DNA of 64,000 bases, from positions 10,912,001 through 10,976,000 of the forward strand of contig OZ024748.1 in the NCBI GenBank assembly GCA_964016885.1, given 5' to 3'. Positions within the stretch are counted from its first letter, which is position 1, and every line of letters starts with the position of its first letter. Positions 53,560 to 64,000 of this stretch are shown here, piece by piece. The notes under the pieces are model-generated. The model made no database searches and was not told where the DNA came from. It saw only the letters and a list, made by a program, of their open reading frames with translations. A program made the position numbers and the translations under genes. The DNA comes from Eledone cirrhosa (taxonomy: Eukaryota).

Positions 53560-55250
53560 CAGGACTAACACAGAACTGCCATGCTTCATGTTGGTACATT
53601 GAACAGTAGATCGAGTTAAGTTGTGAAGATGTTTGAGGAAAGATGAGGAGATGTGTGCTGTGTTCAAGAGGTGAGATGGAGTGGAGCCTCAGCCAGATTC
53701 CTCACAGGCAAATAGTTTAGATACAAGCTTTTCTGGGTAGGAGGAGTAGGTATTCTACTAGCTGAGAAGTGGATAGATAAAGTTAATTGAGGTAGATAGA
53801 GTAAATGACAGAATTATCAAACTCAGAAGATGGAACGAGAAACCCCCAAAAATCTGGAGAATGAGGGTATGGAAGCTAAAAGAACTCTCATAAATATAGG
53901 TTGAGAAAAACTCTACAGGGTGCATATGAGAGCCTGGAGGAGATAGATACAAATGACAACCTACTGCAGGTCAGTGATGAGACCTATGGCTGGAGCAAGG
54001 TACCAGTTAGATGAAAGGTTACCTGATTGTGGAACAGCAGTGTAGATAAAGAGATTAAAGCTAAGAGACAGGCATGGAAAGATTGAAGAACATAGGGACA
54101 GCAAAGAATAGTGTCAAGTAGCTAAAATGGAAGCTAGACAACAGGTTTACATAACATGTAAGGAAGCTGAAACAGGAAGTTTGCCAATGTCTTGTGATGT
54201 GAGAGGTGATCCACCAATGTCCTGTGATGTAAAGATCAGAGGATCAGAGGTGGGAGGTGTTCTGCCAATGTCCTGTGATCTGAGGATCAGAGGTGGGAGA
54301 TGATCCACCATTACAAAACAATGTGTCAGTGAGAGTCAGGATGTTGTTGGGGGAAAAGTGTGTTTGAAATGACATTGGTCACTGGCAGCACTCAGCCTCA
54401 CTGATGTCCAGGAGAAAGAAGGTTGGAAATGTTATGAGAAGTTAATGTATGTGGAGAATGAGTGGAAAGAAGAGGAACTAGTCTCAGTTGACTTAACAGA
54501 GGGTCGTCTATTGAAGCTGACATTTACAGGGTCAAAGAAGATGCAAATAGAGAAGTGAAAAATGGAAAGTCTGCTGGACTGTCAGAGATAGTTGCTGATA
54601 TGCTGGAATTGTCTTGTGAAGTAGGAGTTAAGCTAGTCACCCACATAAAGTCAATCAGGTAATACATAATGGTGTTATACCCAATGACTGGAGAAGCAGT
54701 ATAATTGTTGTTACAAGTGGAAAGGTAATTCTCTAGAAAAGAACAACTACAGAGGCACGAAATTAATGGATTAGGTTATGAATGTGACAGAAAGAGTTTT
54801 GGCACAACTAATTAAAGAAAGAATCAAATTAGATGAGGTGCAGTTTAGTTTTGGGCTAGGAAGAAGCACCATAGATGCTTCAATGGATGTGTGATGCTAA
54901 TGTGCATGTACAGTGAAGCATGGATGAGCTGAAAGAAAGACTAAGTATAAGAGGGTTCAAATGTAGTGTGCAAGAGCGTAGACAGCACTGGTATAGCCCT
55001 GTGATGTGTATGGAGGTTGATCATTGGGTAAAGAAATGCCAGGAGCTCTCAGAGGAAGGAAGCTGTAGTAGAGGAAGGTCAAGGAAAACCTGCACAGAAA
55101 TGGTGGGAGTGGATCTCAAAACGCTGAACCTCAGAGAGATAATGACAATGGAATGCAACATATAGAGAGGAGGGATAGGGGATGTGCTGGAAAAGAACCG
55201 TCCAACCCATGCAAACATGGAAAAATGGATGTAAAAAGTATGTTGATGAT
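53560..55250 (+). mobile_element. Old, heavily deleted RTE LINE (endonuclease to 3' end)
   Basis: GVGILLAEKWIDKVIEVDRVNDRIIKLR (endonuclease), IPNDW, NNYRGTKL, IRG.KCSVQERR.HWY; many stops. Confidence 0.8.
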
Positions 55251-56062
55251 ATATAGGGGACAATGGAAGAAGAGAAGATAGGGGTTTTAAACACCACATT
55301 CTCAACACAATTTTTACTATGTACATAAACACTTTATCTTTGAGTATTTTTTATCCATATACATACAAACATTCATAAATATATACAAATATATGTGTGT
55401 GAGTATATATATGTTCCAAAATCTTTTACAAACACAAATACATAAACACCACATATACATACACATTTGCATATAATATAATGCCTCTTTATCATATGAA
55501 AAATAGTTTATATAAGAGGGGGAAGGAAAAAGAACAAAATATTTTGCCTTGGCACAAAAAACTATATTTTAGTTTTGAAGAAGAGAAGTAGATTAGTCAA
55601 CGGTTTAGACAAGAGTACAAATTAAAAGGTATATATTTCATTAACCCTGGAGGGATGAAAGGCAGTGTTGACCCTGGCAGGAGTTTCAATTCCAAAACTG
55701 AAAAGGGAGGGAACTGAGCTGAATTTAATTTTGTTGTCTTTTATATTGTATTTCTTTGTTGTGTTTTTTTTTACTAGATACATGGTCATGTGTTGTATGA
55801 GAACTGATGTAGCAAGGGCTCTCAGAGGCACCCCAGGGTGGAGGACAGAGACACTTTTAGTGCTCTCACCATATGGGTATTGGTCCCACCAGTTTTGTAA
55901 GGGCTAGTGAAAGGCCCTGGACACTTCCTTCAAACCTACCAAGAATATATTAGGTCACAAATTTGATCCCTCTTACAATCTGGAGATATGATTAATATTG
56001 GGATTTGAAATCTTAGGTAACGCTTTAGTTCCATGTATGAACATAGATAAATAAATAATATA

Positions 56063-56093
<31 letters not shown>

Positions 56094-57256
56094 TGTCTAG
56101 GCAATAATAACTGATGCCTACGCTCTGGTCTGTTCTTTTCACAGGTTTTGTCATCGAGTGATTGCCAGACAATATCAATATTTTGTGAATTGATCAAAAT
56201 TATTCTTATATATATATATATAAGAATAATTAAATATATATATGTTGACGATGTTTTAGTATCAACTATAATTTCACTTGCACGTATTACACACTCAATG
56301 AATCATGGAATGAATTTCTAAGGAACAAAACCTGTCTCAGAGTGCTTACCAAGTGTATGTTTGCAATGTGGCATGTATATACATAAAACAGGCATGATAG
56401 GCCAAAAGAAATGTTTGAGTCTGGAAGGGTGAATGCCCCCCACCCCACCCTGCTATGCTCCTGTGACAAGGGTACATAAGTGATTGGTTCAGCCCTAGTT
56501 TTAGAAAAAAAATTTTTTTAAATGAATGAAATTTTAGTTCACACCTATTTTTAGGTATAGCTGACCTTCTATGAGGTATTCTCATAGGAGGTTTCTTGGG
56601 TGTTTTAATTGATGATTGAGAGTTCAACACCCAAACCACTGGGTCACATGCCTTCAGTTTTATACTGTTACAGGTAGTTATTATTTTATCAACTCTGGAA
56701 GGATTTCGAATTAGACACACACACACAGATCTTCTGTTTCGGCTATATACAACAGCAGCCCAAGACAACGGCCAATAAGGCAGGCAGTATGTGGTTGCTC
56801 AAGCTGATAGAAATAGCAGCCAAACCTCACACACACATCATGTATAGAGTAGTAGATTATTTTTTAATGAGTTTAAGAGCACATGTAGATGTAAGAATGA
56901 ATGGTAATATATTGGGATATAATTTATCTAAAAAAGGAAAAAAACATTTATTGAAAGTCAGCAGAATCTACCAAGATACCAATGTAGGTTTAAAAGATTT
57001 GGTGCCAGGAGGGAGAAAGGGGTACAGCTATAAAACATTGCCCTTAAGGGACCCCCTACAAAGAGCATGAAGCCAGTCAGGGTTACATAGCCCTAAACTG
57101 CTTATGGTATACCAATATGGGTTTCAGTAGAATAGTAGCATTTACTAAACTTATACAGACACATACATATATATATAAAGCAAGACGGAACCAGTTTGAA
57201 ACTAGTTAGACCATTACTCACAGAGTACTCGATACTTGGGGTAGTAGAGTATAGCT

Positions 57257-57348
57257 ATATTATAAAAAGTCGGGACCTGATGGCTGAGCTCTTGCCATTT
57301 AGACTAGCTGTTGAAATGGCAAGAGCTCAGCCGTCGGGTCCTGCCTCT

Positions 57349-57357
<9 letters not shown>
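57257..57357. repeat. Short fold-back (Penelope-like end); single arm at ~59935-59985
   Basis: gacctgatggctgagctcttgccattt ... aaatggcaagagctcagccgtcgggtc. Confidence 0.65.
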
Positions 57358-57398
<41 letters not shown>

Positions 57399-57890
57399 TA
57401 ACGGAATTAAAATTTTAAATTGTCATTTTATATATATATATATGTGTATATATATGTATTTGTTTATATATACATATATAGTTTATTGGTATGTAATGTT
57501 TAGTTACTATTGGTTCACCAGTTTGAGTACTCAATGCCAATATGGGTCCAGTTGCCGACGTGGTATTCCATGTTTGGTATTTCACCGTAGTCAGTATCCT
57601 TAAGAAGCCGAGTGTTAATAATAATAAACATATATATATATAATAAATAACTGTGGTGGTGAAGTGTGGTGTGTGTGTGTGTGTGTGTGTCTAGTCTATC
57701 TGTGTCTGTGTGTGTGTGTGTGTGTGTGTGCGTTTGAGTATGTACATAAAGTGATACTACATATATATATATATTAGAATTACATCCATCACAAATTGGA
57801 TCAAGGTCAGAGGTCATACAGAGCATTATTTGTTAGTATAATATATCAGATGGCCAATCATCAGGTGGGTTGGTAAGGTATGTTAGGTGG

Positions 57891-57954
<64 letters not shown>

Positions 57955-59758
57955 CCTCAATCAAGCTCTTTATCAGATTGTATGAGATCAAAGAGACAAG
58001 ACAAAGGAAGGTAAGATCTAGGATGGAATGGAGAAAGGCAGCTTTCATATTTCTAACAAGTTTACAAAGGAATGAAATTTCTAGCACATAGCAGTTTTCA
58101 ATATAGCAACATGGCCATTGACAATTTGCTATCTCTACCGGATTGTTGTCACATTAAAAACTTATATATATATATATATATATACATATATCATCATCAT
58201 CATATATATATAAATATTCTAACCCTAACCTGTCTAACCCATGCAAGCATGGAAAAATAGACATTGAACAATGATACATACCTACACACCAACATATATA
58301 CAAATACACACATATGTACAAGCAGACACACACAAATATATATACACATACCCCCCCCCCCTCCCCTCTCCATATATATACACCCACACACACCCCCACA
58401 TCTACACACATGCCCACATACATACATATAGATAAAAGAACAAGAGAGAAATTAACAGTTTTTTTTAAATTGAAAGTGATTTACATTTAAAGATTATATA
58501 TATATATATATATATATAGTGTGAGTGGGTATTGTGAGAGGAAGGTGACAGATGTAAAAGTAGGGGTTAGCTTTGTGTGGGGCCCAACAGTCTTCTCCAT
58601 TTAGCCATATCTACATCCCTCATCACCAACCCCGTGGACACCATACAAGGCTGTACCAACACTTAACAGATTAGACTTAGAAAAGTAGTGGAAAAAAAGC
58701 CTCTGACCGCTAGGAGCAGAAATAAGGGGGGATCAAAATAACAGTTCCTAATTTAGATAGAAGACCAATGATTTGTTAGGTGGGGTGCAGTGGGGTGAGT
58801 GAAAATTGATTAAACTCACCCTAGTATTTTATTTTATCAACCTCGGAAGGATGAAAGGCTAAGTTAACCACTGTGAGATTTGAACTCAGAATTTAAGGAG
58901 CTGGAATAAATAATTGTTTCTATTTTTGGCACAAGGCCAGCAATTACATTAAATCGACCCCAGTATAATACAGCTACTTTATTTTATCGACCCTGTAAGG
59001 ATGAAAGACAAAAGCTAACCTAGGCGGGATTTGAACTCAGAACAGAGGGAGAGCTGGAATAAATAAGGCAAAGCATAACTCCGATGCTCTAACAAGTCAG
59101 CCAATCCACAGCTCTAATCTCAGTAATAACGGTTTCTTATATAAGCACAAGGCCAGCAATTTTTTTGTGGGGAGGGGGGTGGGGGTCGATTTAATCGGCC
59201 CCAGTGCGTGACTGGTATTTTGTTTTATCGACCCCGTAAGGATGAAAGGCAAAGATAACCTTGCCGGAATTTGAACTCAGAATGTTTAGGGCCATAACTC
59301 TATGCCACAAAGCAGGGTGTCCGACGCTTTAACGATACTGCCAATCCACTGCCCTTAGTAATAATCACAAAAACAGTGATGATGATGATGATGATGATGA
59401 CAACATAACTTCGGCACAATTATTTAGTTTGGTGGTGGTGTTGGAGACAACCAATAAGAACCGACTCCTGTACTTAACTGTTCCCTATTTTAGTGACCCT
59501 GAGCAGGGTGAATGGTAAAGTCAACCACACAGTATTTCAGCTCAGAACTTAAAGGCACAAAATTAAGTTCAGCAAATGACATTTAGCATTTAGTCTGGTC
59601 TTTCACAATTTCTGCCATTTACTAGACAATCCCCGACAAGGATAGACATTTCTAGAAGAACATATGAGAGTGTGGCGGCAGTAGTGGCAGGAGAAAGGGG
59701 TGGAAGGCATAACTAATAGAATAGACTCCACTACATCACTGAAACTTATTCTACCAAT

Positions 59759-59792
<34 letters not shown>

Positions 59793-59891
59793 CAAATGAG
59801 GAGGGAGGTGGAAAGTTTTTGGCTTAACCCATACCCCAATTTCTTTTTCAGCACCCTTTCATAATGTGTGTGTGTGTGTGTGTGTATATAA

Positions 59892-59938
<47 letters not shown>

Positions 59939-60446
59939 AAAGTCAGGTCTCGATGGCTGAGCTCTTGCCGTTTCAACAGCTAGTTCCAAACTCTAATCTT
60001 GATATATATATATATATTATATATATATTATATATATATATATGTAGTTAAATAATATATAAATGTGTATATATACATACACACATATATATATAGTTAA
60101 ATAATATATAAATGTGTGTGTGGTAAAAATAGCAGTTTCCACTAATGGATGCAACAGAGAATTTCTCTAAATTGTACCATTCTACCACACTGTGTGTAGA
60201 TTTAGTAGATAATAGATCGTGGTTTGGAAAAGAAGAGGAAGAAGAGGAGGAAAAGGAAGGGGGGAGAATGGGGGGAGGGGTAAAAAACAGCAGCAGCAGT
60301 TTGGTAAGACAGGTAGTAAGAGGAAGAGGGGGGGTGGGGGGTCAGGAGGATATGACGAATAAGAGGCAACTTATTAAAAAAAAAACATACATACAAACAT
60401 ACAAATAAATAAACACAAATATATAATAATGTGTGTGCATGTGAGA

Positions 60447-60479
<33 letters not shown>

Positions 60480-61451
60480 GAAGGAGGGAAACTGAGTTGT
60501 TATTATTATTATTATTATTATTTTTGGGGGTGTTTTTGGTACTGATATCTGCCCACCATATTTTCAGCAAGTCTCACGAGTCAATTTTCCATCCTGGAAC
60601 ACCAAACATCAGACATATGCATCCTTGCACATCCATGCACACACACATTTACAGGCACTGTCAGTCTATCCCTCAGTCAGTCAGTCTGTCTATGGGCCCT
60701 TAACTATTGCTGTAGTTGTAGGGGCGCCGTTGTGATACACGGCCTGTCTTGGGCATTTCATTTTTTTTTAAATACCTGGTGGAACCCATCCCCTCTCCAG
60801 GTCTGAACACAGCCGATTGCTTCGAGACCAGAAAGAACAGGAGAGAGTGAATGAGAGAATGAAAAAAAATGGGAATGAGAGAGAATGAGAAAGTCAGAAT
60901 GAGAGAGAGGGGAAGTGAGAATGAGAAAGTCAGAATGAGAGAATGAAAAACTGGGAATGAAAGAGCGAGTGAATGAGAATAAAAGTGTGAGAATGAGAGA
61001 GAAGAGAGAGAGGATGAGAGGGGGGGGGGGGAGAAGAAAAAAAAATCAAAAAATCAAAAAAAAAAAAAAAAAAAAAAAAAATCGACCTCAGCTCGTGACT
61101 GGTACTTTATTTTATCAACCCCGCGAAAGGATGAAAGGCAAAGTTGACCTTGGGGTGGGATTTGAATTGAGAGAGTATGTAAGGTTAAAACAACGGAAAC
61201 AAATACAATGACTTGCATAGTGTCAGCTGTTGTTAACGACTGTGTCAATTAAATCACCAGTAACATACAGGTACACGTACACAGAAATGGTGGTGGTGGT
61301 GGAGGGGATATAACTGTGAAATGTTTTCTCCAACCCAACCCAGCCCATCCCTCAAGACATGATGCAATGAACCATCTTTCATACAGTATTTTCTTTTTCC
61401 TTTCTTTCTTTCTTTCATTCGTTCTCTCATATTTTTCTTCTTTTCGTTCAT

Positions 61452-61792
61452 TAATGTTGTTGTTAATGTACTTGTTATTTGTTGTTAATGCAGCTGTTGT
61501 TATTGTAGTAGTTGTTATTAATGTAGCTGTTGTTGTTGTACCTGTTGTTGTTATTAATGTAGCTGTTGTTGTTAATGTTGTCGTAGTTGTTGTTGTTAAT
61601 GTTGTTGTAGTTGTTATTGTTAAAATGTAGTAGTTGTTAATGTTGTCGGAGGTGTTGTTGTTGTTAATGTTGTTGGAGGTGTTGTTGTTAATGTTGTTGT
61701 AGCTGTTGTTGTTGTTAATGTTGTTGTAGCTGTTGTTATTGTTAATGTTGTTGTAGCTGTTGTTATTGTTAATGTTGTTGTAGCTGTTGTTC
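61452..61792. repeat. (GTT)n-based satellite with 24-nt units, probably in the 3' UTR of the AF9/ENL-like gene
   Basis: gttgttgtagctgttgttattgttaat repeats. Confidence 0.85.
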
Positions 61793-62034
61793 ATGCTTCA
61801 TATATTTCATTATTTTTTCGTTTTTTTTTAAATTCTGATTTGTTTTTTGTTTTTTTTTCTTTCTTAATTTATTCCTTTTTCGTTTGTTTTGTAAACGAGT
61901 TAATCAATGAAGTCATTTGCATATTTCTCTACAAACACAACCTGTCATGACAGGACAGAGAAATGAGATGAGAAGACAGATGTAATATGAACGTGTGTAT
62001 GCATGTATATATATACATATATATATATATAAAT

Positions 62035-62131
<97 letters not shown>

Positions 62132-62324
62132 ATTATCCATATAAATATATATATATAAATATATATATCCATAAATATATATATATATAAATAAATAAAT
62201 ATGAATAAAAATATATATTTATGTAAATGTATATGCATATATATATGTTCAGACAAGTTGAAGAGGTATTTAGAAAAAAAAAAAAAAAATCTTAAATAAT
62301 AACAAACCCATTCTCTAGAGTAAA

Positions 62325-64000
62325 TTAGGGGTCTCCGGAGAATTTCTCCACCACTTCTTGAATTTTCTTCACACACTCAGCACTAACATTCATCAAATCG
62401 AATTTGAAAAATCCTTTCTCCACCAAACAGTTAGTGTCCTCAGCTGCCAGACAGGCAACCTTCTGGACCAAGTCTCTGTCTTTTGAAGAATTCACAACGT
62501 TCATTATACGCCAAAGAATTTTCACAGTGAAACCGTTTGGCGTGATTTCCTCCAGCTCTTCTTGAGTGAGATCTTCCTGTTCGGATAAGGACTCCCCAGT
62601 TCCGTGTTCTTTGATATCTCTATCAGGAGATTCTTCAGGACTGAGTCTGGCAGTGCTCTTCTCTTTACTGCCGACCGTCCGTGATTTTTCTTTGTCATTA
62701 GTCTCGGTCTGATCGTTTAAATTTGGCTCACTTTTTACAGTTGGTTTACTATTGCTTGACTTCACCGTCTCAACCTCCTTCTTCACACTTCGGCTTTCGT
62801 TGACCCCAATCTCTGACGTCTTCTCCTTCTTCACGATAGATTTGCTACTTTTATCCCTAAACTCTTTACTTTTAGAGTCTTTCTCTTTACTTTCTTTCGT
62901 CTTCACATCCTTCGAAGATTTCACATCTTTGGTTGCTTTCAAGTTGTCCTTGGACAGCTTGTCATATTTTTTCTCTTTGGAAACATTTTCTGAAGCTGCC
63001 GAATTCTCTCGACTCACTTCCGGAGACTTCATCTCTTTCTCTTCTTTGGAGTGCTTAAGATCTTTACCTTCCTTTGGAGATTTCACACTGTCTTTGGGAG
63101 TTTCTTTGGAATCCTTTGGAGATTTAGTATTTTTACTTTCTTTCGATGATTTATCCTTCACTTCTTTCGGAGATTTTATACCTTTACCGTCTCTTGGAGT
63201 TTTATTTTCTTTCCCGTCTTTCAGAACTTTCCCATCTTTACTTTCTTTCAAACTTTTACTGTCTTTGCTGTCTCTACTGCGGTTATCTTTGCCATTGTCT
63301 TTAGTTTTAGCCTCTTTCTCCTTGCTGCTACTTTTACTATCTTTTTCTTCCTTATGAAATTTCATTTTATCTTTACTTTCCTTCTTAACCTTGTCTTTAG
63401 ATTCCTGGCTCACCTTGCCATCTTTTCCTTTCATTTCTTTCCCATCTCGCTCCTTGTTTTCTTTTACTTTCTTCTCATCACGCGAACTCTTCTCCTTATC
63501 TTTGCCATCTTTCTTTGGTCGATCTTTCTCTTTCTTAGATTCCTTCTCCTTACTCTCCTTCTTCTCCTCCTTTATGTGATCTTTCGACGAGCTGTCTTTC
63601 TTGTCTTCCTTCTGAGATTTCGACTTCTTGCTCTCGCCATCGTAATCATTGCCACCTGCTGCCGACTTCCTCTTCTCATTGGAGCTAGAGTCACCCTTAG
63701 ACTTAGAACTTGATTTGTGGGAACTGGACGACTTGCTCACTGACTTATTCGACGACGAATCTTTGTGGCTCTCCGGCGAAGTCAACACCGGGCTGTTGCA
63801 CGAGTTGAACGGGTGGTCGTCATCAAAGTCTTCTCCAACGTCATATGAAAGCTTTGACGAGGACTTCATACACTCCGTATTCGACGGTGAACTTGGGTTA
63901 CTCAAGTCACTGAAGTCGCTCAAACTGTCGGCCTTCTCGTTTTTGATCTGTTGACTTTTAAAACTTTCTTCCTTGCTACTCACTGGCAGAACCTTCTCCT
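62325..64000 (-). CDS. 3' coding exon of an AF9/ENL (MLLT3/MLLT1)-like protein: long Lys/Ser/Glu/Asp-rich linker and C-terminal AHD/ET-like domain; 5' part outside the window
   Basis: Frame open from the window edge to TAA at 62327-62325 (about 557 codons). C-terminal DRDLVQKVACLAAEDTNCLVEKGFFKFDLMNVSAECVKKIQ resembles the AF9 AHD pattern (LQQIV.LIEETG.F.I....FDFDL..LD...V.KLQ). No YEATS domain is visible in the window. Confidence 0.75.
   Translation of the reverse strand, partial: EKVLPVSSKEESFKSQQIKNEKADSLSDFSDLSNPSSPSNTECMKSSSKLSYDVGEDFDDDHPFNSCNSPVLTSPESHKDSSSNKSVSKSSSSHKSSSKSKGDSSSNEKRKSAAGGNDYDGESKKSKSQKEDKKDSSSKDHIKEEKKESKEKESKKEKDRPKKDGKDKEKSSRDEKKVKENKERDGKEMKGKDGKVSQESKDKVKKESKDKMKFHKEEKDSKSSSKEKEAKTKDNGKDNRSRDSKDSKSLKESKDGKVLKDGKENKTPRDGKGIKSPKEVKDKSSKESKNTKSPKDSKETPKDSVKSPKEGKDLKHSKEEKEMKSPEVSRENSAASENVSKEKKYDKLSKDNLKATKDVKSSKDVKTKESKEKDSKSKEFRDKSSKSIVKKEKTSEIGVNESRSVKKEVETVKSSNSKPTVKSEPNLNDQTETNDKEKSRTVGSKEKSTARLSPEESPDRDIKEHGTGESLSEQEDLTQEELEEITPNGFTVKILWRIMNVVNSSKDRDLVQKVACLAAEDTNCLVEKGFFKFDLMNVSAECVKKIQEVVEKFSGDP

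Noticed and set aside
62752-63954. Plus-strand Leu/Ser/Phe-rich ORFs
   Set aside because: Antisense shadows of the Lys/Glu-rich minus-strand CDS.

Overview
AT-rich, intron-containing animal DNA packed with microsatellites, tRNA-derived SINEs, RTE/CR1/CRE LINE fragments, a Helitron, a deleted mariner, piggyBac- and Tc1-type MITEs and Penelope-like fold-backs. The SINE/RTE repertoire resembles an octopod cephalopod (inference, no search run). Hidden among the repeats, and missed by the ORF track because the exons are small, is a minus-strand tandem cluster of four paralogous multi-exon genes for secreted cysteine-rich proteins (here G1-G4, about 6.2-48.0 kb). I assembled them by hand from GT/AG sites and intron phases. 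G4 encodes a 195-aa protein: signal peptide, a 12-Cys IGFBP-like domain (CGCCxxC), one degenerate and one complete thyroglobulin type-1 domain. G1, G2 and G3 appear to have lost exons or domains. G2 and G3 are 83-aa six-Cys peptides from a recent ~11-kb tandem duplication, with mostly amino-acid-changing differences in the exons and near-identical introns. All four genes share a non-coding first exon with a palindromic motif. Several hammerhead-ribozyme-like motifs lie in Penelope-like fragments. The window ends in the long 3' coding exon of an AF9/ENL-like gene (minus strand) and probably begins with the last codons of another gene.
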